A program made the position numbers and the translations under genes. This document shows, piece by piece, positions 37,497-51,018 of a DNA stretch of 64,000 nt. Position 1 is the stretch's first letter; each line of letters begins with the position of its first letter. Source of the DNA: Utricularia gibba (Eukaryota > Plantae > Magnoliophyta); the NCBI GenBank assembly GCA_002189035.1, contig CM007989.1, positions 2,790,001 through 2,854,000 on the forward strand. Reading direction: 5' to 3'. A model generated the notes under the pieces. That model was given only the letters and a program-made list of their open reading frames with translations. It was not told where the DNA came from and made no database searches.

Positions 37497-37601
37497 CCTT
37501 CTCTATTTTTTTGTTGCCGAAAGAGATTCTTTTTGGCACCGAGGTTCACCTCGTAGGGGCCGGAGAATTGCAGTTTCGCTTCAGGAGAACGGAGGAAGCA
37601 G

Positions 37602-40600
37602 ATGGGTAGTGTAATGAGAAATAAGGTGCAGAGGAAGTTCAAAATGAGGGGTTATACGCTGAAAATTGACGCAATGTCTGAGGTTTTAAGGTTTCTTGGC
37701 GGCTTCCCTGAAGCTGAAGATGAAGCCCTTGAGCTCCTCCTTGACGAGCTCCACCAACATTCTTGTAACTCACTGAAGCAATTGTTTTTTTTTTTTTGGC
37801 TGTTTATTGTGGGTCTCGAGATGTGAGTCTGATTTATGGCGTTTCAGTGACATCCTCGATTTTGGATAAGGAGCCGGTGGAAAAGGTGGTTAGTCATTTG
37901 CTGAAGTGCGAGTTTCTTGACGAGGAGAACCCAACAGCCGGTGGTGGTTATGCCTCCAGTTCCAAAGATTTGAGAATAATTGATGCATTTGATTTTCCAA
38001 AGTTTCGCTATGATCCAATCAAGAAACAGTTTCACGTGTACGTTTTGCTTTGTTTTATAATTGTCTTCACAATGCTCGTGTTTTTATTTTATTTTTATTA
38101 TGGGTACTATTGGAACGATTCTTTTACTCCAATTTTTTTTCATTTTGGATTCGTAAGTGCAGCTGCATTCCTATAGATGTGTAAAAGTCTCATCTTATGC
38201 CATAGCTGTAGTTCTAGAATTCAAATATTTTTGCAGAATCACCCTTAAATATGCAGTTTATGGAGATGCTTTCACAAATAAATTCAAACTCCCTAATTCT
38301 AAATTTGTGTAGATTTACAGGAAATTATGCAGTTCATGGTGATGCATCTCAAAAGGTGTTGCTTTACCGGGATAGGTTTCTCCTGTTGTCGCAGAGGCTC
38401 CTTCATGATCCTCATTTTGCCAAACCTGTTTTTGAGAGTGATGCATCAGTATCTGGTAGCTGCCAGGTATTATGAACCTGTCAGCTTTGATACAGCCACG
38501 AGAAGCTGTTATCTGATAAAGAAGGTTTTATCCTGGATTTTCTTTAATGTGATTGCATTTTCAGATAGTTCAAATTCAATCTCTGGTTGGTCAAACTGGA
38601 AAAAAATGGATTATGGGTCTAATATCACAGCTGGAGGACAGTCATTTTTACTTGGAAGACTTGACTGCTGCTGTGGAAGTCGATCTGTCGGATGCAATAT
38701 CCTTTCTAACCCCTTTGAATGCATTGATCTCTGTGTGTCTCTGTATTTTCATGATGTAAATGGTCTGAATTCGTATTATACGTTGGTGGATAATATGAAA
38801 TATGTCGTTATGCCTTAACATGAACTACAAAGTTACAACTGGACTTTTTGTGGAAAATACCATTGTGCTGGCAGAAGGAGAAATGACTTTGGATGGTATC
38901 TTTCGGGTATATACTTTCCATCCATTGAGACATTTAGATTGCACTTTCCTACTTTTTGTTCCTCTAAACCTGGTGTGTAAAGTTCTTCAGTGATTGTTTA
39001 TAGGTAAAAACATGCGGGTTTCCTCCCCTTGAGGACCGTGTGAAGTCCTTAGCTATGTTTTCTGGAAGAGACTTTTTTGGTGGTGGTTCACTTTCAAAAG
39101 AGGAGACTGTATCCTTTGTAGTTATTTAATTTTAGAGATACGCATGAATTTTTTTCCACAATATATGTTGGAGGGTATTCCATGACGCATGAGTATAGAT
39201 TAGACTTACAGAGCTTGAAAGAGACTCAGTGAATGATATGTTTGTTATACTTTCCAATGTCTGTCTGGATAATGAACAGGTAATTTCCAATGCTCCTTCA
39301 GTGTTTTCTTCTCGATGCCTCTAATATATTTTCTGATTTATCGTCTTATTTCGAGAAGACAATGGAAAAACTACAGATCATTCTTCGAGGCTACGAGAAC
39401 GAAAGTGTTGTTCCATCCCTTTTTGTTATGATGGGCAACTTCTGCTCTCGTCCTTGCAACCTTTCATTTAATTCCTACTCAAGCATAAGGTGAGCGAAGG
39501 CAGGATGCTCTCAAATTTGTTATTGTCATCTTTGGTACATGAAGCAAATGACATTAGCTTCCTTTGCAGGCATCAGTTTGGTAAGCTAGGAAAGATGGTT
39601 GCTGCTCATCAGCGCCTTAAAGCACATAGCATATTTCTTTTTATTCCTGGTCCTGATGATTTAGGTGATCTGCCTGATTATACTCTTGGTTTTCTTGGTC
39701 GATAAAATAAAATCCCTTCTTTCCTTGGCATGTATTGCTACTTATACAATTTCTTAATTCAGATGCTTTGTAATCTCAGGACCTTCGGATGCTCTGCCTA
39801 GATGCTCACTACCGAAACACATAACCGAAGAGTTTTTGAATCACATTCCCAATGCAGCCTTTTTGAGTAATCCATGCAGGTCTATTTCTATACTAAATCG
39901 CCAAGACAGAAAACTAGATTTCCAGGAGGATGCTCTGTTGTCTGTGCTTGCTCACTTTTCTCTCATATTCTCCATGACTTGGAAAACTACATAGGAATGC
40001 ATGCTGTGATGCTGTACCTTTATGATTAGCTTTGTTTTTCTTCATTTCTGCAATGAACAGAGATAACAATTTTTTTTTTCTTTGGAAACCAAACCAGGGT
40101 CAAGTATTACACTCAGGAAATAGTATTTTTTCGGCAAGATCTGCTATACCGAATGCGCAGGTCGTGCCTGATGCCGCCTTCAACAGAAGAAACAACTGAT
40201 CTATTTGAGCATGTACGTTCTTCAACATCCTTAATCCCTCCTTCAACTGATGATCATCAACTCCCTTTTTCTCTCTTACAGCTCATTGCAACTATAACAC
40301 ATCAAAGTCACCTGTGCCCTTTACCACTGAGCATACAGCCCATCATCTGGGGCCATGATCATTGTCTTCAAATCTATCCAACTCCACATACGGTAAAGCA
40401 GTCCTTTTTCCAAATACAACATCATGACCATGAGTTCTTATTTGGTTCGTCGAACTTGGGATGAATGTTTACAGATTGTGCTTGGGGATAACAGTGAGCA
40501 GAAGGCATTCCAGTATACAGGAATTACATGCTTCAATCCTGGATCCTTCTCAAGAGATTTCACGTTTGCGGTATATCGACCTTCCTCTAAAGAGGTTGAA

Positions 40601-40615
40601 TTGTCAGCTGTCTGA
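37602..40615 (+). CDS. DPB2: DNA polymerase epsilon subunit B
   Basis: KVQRKFKMRGYTLK, YRDRFLLLSQRL, FYLEDLTAAVEVDLS, ENTIVLAEG, FVMMGNFCS, FIPGPDD, HQSHLCPLP, CFNPGSFS. About 12 exons, frame intact. Confidence 0.93.
38697..38828 (+). other. U12-type AT-AC intron in DPB2
   Basis: 5' site ATATCCTTT, branch site TGCCTTAAC at 38811-38819, 3' end TAC. Removal joins ...DLSDA to KVTTG... in phase 0. Confidence 0.9.
39109..39198 (+). other. U12-type GT-AG intron in DPB2
   Basis: 5' site GTATCCTTT, branch-like TTCCATGAC at 39178-39186, no polypyrimidine tract. Removal joins SKEET to IRLTELE. Confidence 0.75.
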
Positions 40616-42288
40616 TTGATACAAGAGTTTAGGAAAGCAGAAATGCCACAAGTGTGTTCAACTATTTAATATGGACAAATCGAGGTTTTCTTCAGTTCCA
40701 GAGATGTAGAAGTAGATGTTTGTCTTTGTTTATAGCAGACCTCATGGCCACTTGTAATAAAACATATGCAAAGGGAATAGCTGGTGAAGGTTCTGAAGTG
40801 TTCTGTTGAAATCTGCAATCCAAATTTTTCTGGGAGTGATGTTAATACACTCCAGTGCTTGGGATTCAAGCTCACCAAATCAACATACATTGGTTAGGAT
40901 TTGCTATTTGCATTTGACTTGTAGTTATTACAGTGAAAAGATGCATCCAAATACAACAAAGTTTGAAAAGTTACTCATTGGCTTCCAAATAAGGTCATAC
41001 CTTGATGTGTAGCCAGGGATGAGGTAGCTGTCACGTGTGACTAGGCCTTGATTAATTATACGCAATAAAAAGCCAAGAAGGGAATCCGGAATTCTGACTT
41101 TGGGTTCCAGTGACGGCATTACCTTCCTCGTTCCCATTCCCCCTAAACTAATCTCACAAATTCAAATATTAAAAAGTACAATTTGACCCCCAAAAATATA
41201 TTTTTTTAAATTCAAGTTCCGAAATTTCGTTCTCTGTTGTATAAAAAATTATCCAACGCCAGACATCCCCAGATGGAGATGCCCATCGTAGCACAATCGC
41301 ATTGCGTTGGCTATGCTACGCTGGACTTTTAGGGCGACAAATTTTCAAAAAATGTGATGCAGATTCCTTGAAAACTATTTATTTCATATATTTTTTTCAA
41401 AAAAAAATTATATAATTAGGGCAGTATTCATTTTTTTTAACCTACAAGTGGTTTCAAATCTGGACCATAGATCTGTTAGACCAGTCAAATTAGAATCCAC
41501 GGTTCATGATTTTTTCACAGTTTCCGCCCAGGTGGTACTTGCAGTATCCATTCACCCAACTGATTACAGGGGTATTTGAGGAATTTTCTCCCAATTTTTA
41601 AAATTGCAGTAATTACATTATAATATTTAATTTTAGAGAAATGGAAACTGAAACAATGGATAGGAGGCAGCCCCCACCTACACTCACCACCCTCACCTTA
41701 TTAAATAAATTAACTATTAAACATATTATATTTATTCGGACGCACATTCCATGTTGATTGTTCACCTTACATGGGTCACCATCGCATTATGTTTCACCAT
41801 GACATGTACATGCCCCAAAAGTAAAAAGGGACTACATCCATCATGGTCATGGACTCCCAATGATTAAAAAAAAAAATCAAACAAATAGTAACATTATGTA
41901 TGAAGAGAATCATTAGTGCACATGTTCACCATTTATTTTATGTTAATATTAAAAATACGATAGATCGAACAATTATATGTGAAAATTAAATATATATATA
42001 AAAAGTATATTGTGAAAATTAAATATATATAAAAAAGGTATATATTATTTCATTTTCAGGTATCTATGTAGGATTCTTTCTATAATATTTTGATGAATAT
42101 GCAAAATTAAAATATTAGCTACAATTTGGCAGTTAGGAGATACAAAAATCATAGGCAATGTTTGTCAACGGTATGTGTTGAAATTCACTGGATCTCGCGT
42201 ATAAAACTACCATCGCCATACCAGCAACGAAACAAGCAACCATTTTTCGACGTTCCACTGAAAAATTCAGCTTGTGGCAGGTGAAAAG

Positions 42289-45200
42289 ATGCAGAGCCAA
42301 GAACAGTGCGATTTCTCCGGGGACCGGCAAGCCTATAGTGGGCCGTTGAACAAGAGGGGTTCTCGGAAAAGCGCAAGGTTTAGTCTTCCCGAGAGCCCCA
42401 CTTCACCGGAAGATTACTTGGAGATTACTCTCGACGTGAATGAGAACTCGGTGGCGGTGCACAGCGTGAAAGCAGCCGGCGGAGGCGACCTCGAGGATCC
42501 GGAGCTGCGGCTATTGGCTAGGGGGTTGGAGAGAAAAAATTCCTTGGTTAGAAATGCTTCCTCGAGGATGAACCAAGTGTCCCTGGAAGTAAAGAAGTTT
42601 GCTACCCTCACACGCCGCCCACACCCGGCCGCCGTCGACCGAACCAATTCCGGCGCCGCACGCGCTCTCAAGGGGCTGAAGTTCATCAGCCAGAGTGACG
42701 ACGGCGCTGCCTGGGCCGCCGTGGAGAAACGGTTTGATCAGCTGACGGCCCCTACCAGTGGTCTCCTTTCGCGTCGACTCTTTGGAGAATGCATAGGTAA
42801 AATTGCATTGCACATATTAAACATGCAACAAACAACTTCAAAACGCTGTCGTTCAGGAATGAACAAGGAATCCAACGAGTTCGCCGGAGAACTCTTCGAC
42901 GCGCTTTCACGGCGGAGGAACATTTCGCCGGACGCCAACATCGACAAAGCTCAGCTGAGGGAATTTTGGGATCAGATTTGTGATAAAAGTTTTGATTCAA
43001 GGCTTCAAACATTCTTCGACATGTGAGACCCCGTCCTTGTAACATGAGAATATTATCATCATCTCCCACTTCCCATGATTGGCTTGCACAACTTATACCT
43101 TGTCCATGGGTATTTTTTTACGAAAAAAAATTAAATGCTGGAATAAATTATACTAAACTTATGAGAAATAACCTTACCTTATTGTACTCAGGGTGGACAA
43201 AGATGCTGATGGAATCATTACAGAAGATGAAGTCCGGGAGGTGCACGAGCTCTCATTTCTCAATCTATTGCGAGGTTGTCTTTTCCCAATTTTTCTATTT
43301 CATTTTTTTATTAATATCGTTGGCTTGTTTCAGATCATCAGCTTGAGTGCTTCAGCCAACAAACTAACCAACATCCAGATGCAAGCAGATGAGTACGCGA
43401 GGTTGATCATGGAGGAGCTGGATCCTGCTGATCTAGGCTACATCAGGGTAGTTTCTGTGTAACTTTACTTGATTTTTAACCAGTCAATTGTCTGTAACTA
43501 AAATTTAACTGCTGTCAAAACATGTAAATAGATCGACGATCTCGAAATGCTGCTACTACAAGGGACGGCTGGATGTGGAGGCGGCCGCGGCCGCGGCGGC
43601 GATAGTCGAAACCTGAGCAAAATATTGAGCGAAAAGCTGAAGCCGGTACACGACCCTTGGATTCGGAGGTCCTTGCGCGCTGTTACATACTTTTTTCAAG
43701 ATTATTGGAAGAGGGTCTGGGTGATAGTTCTGTGGATCGGAATCATGGCTGGACTCTTCGCATGGAAATACGTTCAATATCGGCGTCGTGCTGCGTACCA
43801 TGTCATGGGAGCCTGCGTGTGCATGGCTAAGGGTGCGGCCGAGACTCTGAAGCTCAACATGGCCATCATCTTGCTTCCTGTGTGCCGGAATGCGATCACT
43901 TGGCTCCGTAACAAGACGAAGCTCGGTGCCGCCATCCCTTTCGACGACAGCCTCAACTTCCACAAGGCAAGATCACAGGGAGTGTCTAAAATGCTTTCGG
44001 TTTTTCTGTAATATGCTTGCGCTTCGTTGTCAGGTTATCGCAGCAGCAATAGGAGTTGGGGTTGCGATCCATGCCCTAAGCCACTTGACGTGCGACTTCC
44101 CTCGACTACTGGAAGCGTCACCGGAGCGATATGCTCCGATGAAACCATACTTCGGATCGCAGCCGAGGTCGTACTGGTGGTTCCTTCGGGGATGGGAAGG
44201 AGTGACCGGAGTCATCATGGTGGTCTTGATGGCGATCGCCTTCACGTTGGCATCGCCATGGTTCCGCAGAGGCAGAGTGAAGTTACCAAAACCCTTGAAG
44301 CAGTTCTCCGGGTTCAATGCCTTCTGGTATTCCCATCACCTCTTCGCCATCGTCTACATTTGCTACATCATTCATGGCATCAAGCTCTACTTGACCCACG
44401 AATGGTACAAGAAAACTGTAAGTTGAGCATCAACACTTTTCGAAAGCAACTGGAACCATTAAACTCAGTTGCTACTCCTCTGTGAATTCAGACATGGATG
44501 TACTTGGCTATCCCCCTCCTGCTCTACACGGGCGAAAGGTTGACGAGGGCGTTTCGATCCAGCATCAAATCTGTCCAGATCTTGCAGGTACCACAATATT
44601 TCTACAAATCAAGATAATTTTTTTGAGTTCCATATCGATGTTTTTAGAACAGCGGTATTAAATTTCAGGTGGCCGTGTACCCTGGCAACGTGATGGCTCT
44701 ACACATGTCAAAACCGCAGGGATTCAAATACAGAAGTGGACAATACCTCTTCCTTAACTGTCCCAAAATTTCCTCCTTTGAATGGTAATAGATACGATTT
44801 TGAAGAAAAAAGGATGAGAGCCGTTGGATTAAACCTTTTTTGTTTGTATATATACATAAATTGCTAGGCATCCATTCTCCATTACCTCTGCACCAGGAGA
44901 TGATTATGTGAGTGTCTACATTCGAGCAGCTGGAGATTGGACAAGACAACTTAGAGCTGTTTTTTCTGAGGTAATTTATTTTTGCCGACTTTTGTTATTG
45001 AAAAATGGTGAAAAACTTATTTTTCAGGTATGTCAACCACCTCCGACCGGCATGAGCGGTCTTCTCCGGGCAGAATGCAGGCCCGGAGAGGGCAACAGAA
45101 AGTAAGTGGCCTCTGTCATTCTGTGTTTCTGCACTGCTGGTGAAAAGAGATCGTTATGACTTGAAACATCACACAGCTTTCCCAAGTTAATGCTTGATGG

Positions 45201-45873
45201 ACCGTATGGAGCACCAACGCAGGACTACAAAGGGTATGATGTTGTGTTGTTGGTTGGCTTGGGGATCGGAGCAACGCCGATGATCAGCGTCATGAAGGAC
45301 ATTGTGAACAACATTCGAGCTGAGGAGGAAGACGGGAACTCGCCGGAGGCTGGTTCGAGCCCCGTCCCGGGGCGTAGAGGAGGGCGTGACTTCAAAACCA
45401 GGCGAGCCTACTTCTACTGGGTGACGAGGGAGCAAGGGTCGTTTGACTGGTTCAAGGGTGTGATGAATGAGGCTGCAGAGATGGACCAGAGGGGAGTGAT
45501 AGAGATGCACAACTACTGCACCAGCGTGTACGAGGAAGGCGACGCCCGGTCGGCTCTCATTGCCATGCTTCAGCAACTGAACCATGCCAAGAACGGCATT
45601 GATGTCGTCTCCGGTACCCGAGTGATGTCACATTTTGCACGGCCTAACTGGCGAGCTGTCTACAAGCGCATTGCACTTAACCATCCCGATGGGAAGATTG
45701 GTGAGCTCCATGTCATGAAACTTCAGGACTTGTATCAGCATCCTAATAAAGCATTATCTGCAGGAGTGTTTTACTGCGGAGCGCCAACGCTGGTGAAGGA
45801 ACTGAAGCAACTAGCATCTGATTTTTCACGCAAGACATCCACCAAATTCGAGTTCCACAAAGAAAACTTCTGA
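42289..45873 (+). CDS. RBOH: Respiratory burst oxidase homolog (NADPH oxidase), RBOHA/C-like
   Basis: [18 protein letters not shown]-hand [30 protein letters not shown] site [34 protein letters not shown] and terminal FEFHKENF. Includes a GC-AG intron at 43967-44033. Frame intact. Confidence 0.95.
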
Positions 45874-46590
45874 AATCTCTACATATAACTTAGACTAACT
45901 AAATAAATGTACCCGTGTAACATACAACCTGCTGCTGTAGTTCCAGTCTATTGACGAAATAAGAATGGTTCCTCAATAGAGAAGGCAAAATTCCCAGAAA
46001 GAAACTAGAATCAACTCTCACTGCTCCATTGTGAATTGTTGCAAAGGGTGTCCATTTCAAATACGCGATGCCATCTGTGTGTTGCTAACACTTGCATCTG
46101 GGCCAGATATGGAGCATTCTTTGTAGAAAAAGGAACTGCAATGACTAGTTTCATTAAAATCAGTCAAAATTATCTTTAGTGAATGAGGCTTCAATTGAGT
46201 AACATCTGTTCATCTTTTTTGGAGCAGAACTTTCTTCAAGAGAAGAACATCAAGTCAATACAGGTAAGGTAATGCGCATCATTGATTTTCATCTCTGCTT
46301 TGCTCCTCCAAGGACGTGTTTCCAGATCAAAAGATCGCAGGTAAACACACAAGAAGTAAATAGTAAAATACCAGATTGTATTCATATGTATAAATCATTC
46401 TGTAGAAGTTCAGTTCATGAGACTAAATTCACTGCGTAGGTGTGTCTCTTGGACAACTGCAGCCCAGAACACAGCACCAAGAATCGTAACAGAATCAGCA
46501 GATGTTTATTTACTTATCATCATCGTCATCATCACCACCTGGCTTTAAGTCTGAGAGTAGCCAAGAAAAAAAAAAAAACTAGAGCTTCAC

Positions 46591-49251
46591 CTAATTCAGG
46601 TGTAGACTCTTTTTCATGGCTTCGTATACCAGATATGTAATGCTTGCAGCAGGCACAACCTTGAGAAGATTTGGGAATAGACCTTTGTAGAACCCTCTAA
46701 GACCTTCTCGTTTGTATGTTTTCCAGAATACATCCGCCATGCTGCTCTGAGTACGCTGAATTTGCATTCTAGAAATCAATACAGTCAATTAAAAAATGGC
46801 ACGGAGAATCAAAGTGAGATTTTCTAAAAAATAAATAAACTACATATAAAATTACCTTGTCCTTACAACCTGCAGCGGGTAAACGCAAGTTGCACCCAAG
46901 GCTCCTGATACTGTCCCACAACTAAGTTGTGTTAAAGGACCTGGCTCTGCAAATATACAAATATTACGTTGTGGTTGAATACGTTGAAAGAGACGAGTGT
47001 ATAATAAAAATTGAAAACATTTACCTTCATCATGAAGAAAATATTTTTTGGACAGTTCTTTCAATGTATCATAAGCAGCTAAGTCGATTCCAGCATACGG
47101 CATGATTCCAAGAAGGGAAGGTATTAATCCTCTGTACATAGCTCGAGGCCCCTCCTGAACCAGGATCTCTTTCGATAATTTCCTGAGAGTAGGTACATCC
47201 CCTCTTTCAGAAACAAAAGTTTGTATGCGAGTTTTAACCAGATCCATAGGATAAATTGCAGTTTGTGCCACGGCTCCAGCTAGCCCTCCTGCAGTCAGAC
47301 GGCCCATGGTTCCTATTTCTCCATTTGCATCACCAAGGATGCCCTTCAGCATCTCAAAAGTGTAAAACTTTATAGCACTCTCTGGACCAACCTTCACAAC
47401 ATTTATCCCATTACCTCGGAAAAAACTAAGAATGCCGCCTTCCTTCCATATGCTTCTGACTGCCATACTAATTGAAGAATGTGATGTCTCAACTTGCAAT
47501 AAGACCTTTAGGCGATCAAGAGGAGCAGTTACAGTACGAGAAACAGCTCCAGCTACCCCTCCAGCAATCAAGTATTTAGAGGCATTGACATGCTTGCTGA
47601 TGCCTTGAGGAATCACCGCATGTTCACCAATGTCCACCAAATAGACCCTTTCCCAGTATCGGTAGATATTCTCTATTGTAGCCTCAAGTGGATAGAACAA
47701 AAGAAAGTCTCTCCACTCTTCAAATGTAATGGTCCCATTGTTGTCTTTGTCAACATGTTCAACAAAATGAGCTAGTTCATCGTCATCAAGTTCTATCCCT
47801 GAAAAACAAGAACTGCCAGGACTAATAAGACGAAATAAATAATAGGCATATGAGGATCATTTATCACCCACAAGAGAATGCGACCATCCCCCCCCCCCCC
47901 CAAAAAAAAATTGACAATTTGAGACTTGGAGGGGAGAAAACAAAGCTTTTCCAAAAACCCTGACCAAAACTTGATCTGACTGACATTACACACAATCTTA
48001 TGCATGACATATATACACATCCTTGGAGGAAAACATAAAAATTCCGAAACACATTGAGCATCTAGCCATGAAGATAACAACGAACAAAACCCCAGTTATT
48101 CTTGAGCCTAAATGAAATATATGAAACGAGCAGCAGATACTGAAGAATCTAAAATATACTTTTCCCAAATCATCAACACTATAGCAAACTGCCGATGAAA
48201 AATATCATATTGCGCAAAAAACGAAAAAAGGAAAAGTCCCCTCTACTGATATTAAGTGTTGTCCTAAAGTAGCATAAGAGAACCTCTTCAAAGATAAATG
48301 CAGATTGTGCAGATCATGCACCTACGGTGGCACCGAGATGAAATTTACTTGCGAATATGCAGCATCCATTCCACATGTTTCACGTACAGATGATATGAAA
48401 GTAAAAGAGTTTTCACGTGCAGAATGAATTTCTTGGTATATCAAAGGACAGCGTGAGTACCCCCAACCACTAGCTAACAATTCTACAAGGAAACAAAAAG
48501 GCTGTTAATTTAAGCTTATATTCCAGGGATGCAGTAGGGAACCACCCCAAACCCATATTGAAGCACACCCCACATCTGTATTATAACTAAACGACAAGTT
48601 CTCTTTTTTCCCATCAACATGAGAGCCAAACCCGTAGAGATTCTCAGGAGTTCACGTAGCCAACCAAGGTAAGATTGAAGCCCTAAAATTCCACACTTGA
48701 ACCTATCTAAATCGCAATCATACGTCAGATATGAACCGAACACAATGGAAATTGAAACGGTACGAAAATGACACAGGGGAAATAAATAATATACCAGCTT
48801 TGACAAGAGCATCCCGCAGCTCCTCTGGCAATATGCAACCGTGGTGCTCCACATCAATCGCCTGAAAAATCCTGTACAACTCCAACTCCTTATCGTCCAT
48901 ATACTTCTTAAACTCTTGATAATCGACCCTGCCATCCTGATTCGCATCACAAACTTCAAGAAGCTCCTTGGCGAACTTGTAATCCGCCGGAATCAGCATT
49001 GCGGAAAGCCCCTTCTCGATTTGGGCATAATCCAAAAAACCCACATTACTAGCGTCGAAGAAACTAAACAAACTTCGTATCCTCAAATCCCGCTCCTCCT
49101 TGGTCTCCCTGAGAGCCAAGAGCACGTGGTCCAGCGTCACGGGCCCGGATTTCTTAACCGGGTTGCAGATACCCGGGTCCTTTGCTTTCGTAGCAACAGG
49201 TGGAGCAGCCGTTGCCGCGAACTTCGCGCGGCTGTCCACTCCCACAGCCAT
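46591..49251 (-). CDS. APC: Mitochondrial Ca2+-regulated ATP-Mg/Pi carrier (EF-hands + carrier repeats)
   Basis: EF-hands [14 protein letters not shown] and [14 protein letters not shown]; carrier signatures [23 protein letters not shown]; [25 protein letters not shown]. Frame intact. Confidence 0.93.
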
Positions 49252-50051
49252 AACCAATCGCGGATCAAGACAGCAACTTTAAAATTGTGGTCACAGCATT
49301 ACGAACCCAGGAATCAAGGAGAAGAGAAAAGGCGAAGAAGAATAACTGGAGACGATTTTCTTACACCAAGATTACTTACATTGATGACCCACCCAGTAAC
49401 ATGTATTTATTCAATCCGATTTCTGCTTTCCGGCGATTGAAGAACAATCCCACGACCGGAATATCGAATATCCACGCTGTAAAATACCTCCTTCCATCTT
49501 TCCGTGTGAAGGCATTTTTTTAATGTTTTGGAGAATCTCCGGTTAATCGACTTAACAACGATTGTAAGGACAGATTCAATATTAAATAGTTTATTATTTT
49601 TTTTTTTTACCGTGGAAAAAATGAATAGTTGGTTAAAATAATGGATAGGGGTTTAAAATTGATGCCTCTATTAACCGTTAGGATCAACGACTACTGGCTG
49701 TAATAATGACATAAGAGGATTGACCGCCGGCAGTCGTTCACTGGAAACGCCGCGCGGATTGGGAAGATGATTCAAGGATGGCGAATTTGAGGGAAGTACT
49801 CTCCTCCATAGTGAGTAGGGCGGTTTTGCTTGCGGAATGGGAGTAACACATCTCCTGAAATGTCTCCAGTGAAGAAACTGAAAGACGCCTCATCAGCAGG
49901 TCTGGCCGATGACTCGATTTCCTCCGGGGATTGATGTTAGTTTTTTGAGCAACGCCAATCGCTCTCCTATTTTTATTTTGAGGAAATTCTGTAGGCTGTT
50001 GTGTCGGAGTAAACAAAGGGGCTACCTTCAGCTGGACCTGATTTTGGGAAG

Positions 50052-50144
50052 ATGGGCAAAGGAAAGGGGATTAAGTCTCTAGGTCACCCTGCTGGAACAT
50101 GTAAAAATGTGTGCTTTCGATGTAAAAAACTGGAATTTTCTTAG
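50052..50144 (+). pseudogene. Possible relic of tandem CCHC zinc knuckles
   Basis: Translates to MGKGKGIKSLGHPAGTCKNVCFRCKKLEFS*, i.e. GH-x4-C followed by C-x2-C. No intact gene surrounds it. Confidence 0.3.
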
Positions 50145-51018
50145 TTCAAGAACTGAACTTCCATGTGGGCGTTCTTGGAGTAGTGTAACGTCTTGAGACG
50201 TTACCAGCATTGCAGTAAAACGTATATGGGAGTATGAATTCAACCTTCCAAAGTTCATATGAAGTTTTGATTTGCTTTGATGTTTCACTAATTATAGTCT
50301 GGTGACGTTCTGCAACGTCTCGGGAATACCATAGTCAAGTTGCACTGCTTCTTGACTGTGTCACAAATTGTTGGAACATACAGCTTCTTGTGGCTCTGTG
50401 TTTCTAGAAGTGCATCTGTCCCTTTTGAACATTCGGACACTTGAAGCTGTAAACCCAAGACTTCACATTCCATACCGTTCGGTATTTGACACGAGTTCCA
50501 CATTCGATGAGTATGCAGATGAGGGGATTGATTCCTTCCCCTGATTGTGTTATCTTAATCCCAAAAGACGCTTCTTTTCTCAGGGAAATCCATGCCCATG
50601 GGCGTCTTAACAGGTCAAATGCAGCCCTTGAATCTGTGAGCATAAGTCCTTAATGATTTTTATCAACCTTGAAGACGTTTATTCATGCATTTACATCACC
50701 TGGTTCTACTTTATTCTCTAAACTCTTTTTTTATCTTCAATAAGCTTTCCTGGCCCTGTGAGAAAAACTTGCTAATAGCTCCAGGAACACGTGCTAATAA
50801 CCTTGAGAAACGCCGTGACGGCCCAGTCGCCGGTAACCAGTAGAATTAGGAAATGATCCCCCAAGGCAGCAGACACTCAGTTCACAAACTGTGAATCTAG
50901 AGGAGGATGTCATGATTTCGTTTCACACCCTCCAAAAACCGTGTTATTGCAAACGCTGTACCCAAAATTCCCAAACTTGCCATTTTGAACCCCAAAATAT
51001 GGGCCTTTACTGAGCCAT

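Noticed and set aside
41975-42046. About 33-bp AT-rich tandem duplication upstream of RBOH
   Set aside because: Low-complexity local duplication with no informative motif.
45351-45366. GGTTCGAGCCCC tRNA B-box-like word
   Set aside because: Inside the RBOH coding exon; no T-stem, A-box or cloverleaf.
30989-47024. Four stop-free introns with lengths divisible by three (GNL2 75 nt, RBOH 60 and 63 nt, APC 78 nt)
   Set aside because: With roughly 70 short introns in the window a handful is expected by chance; they only make ORF-track products look longer.
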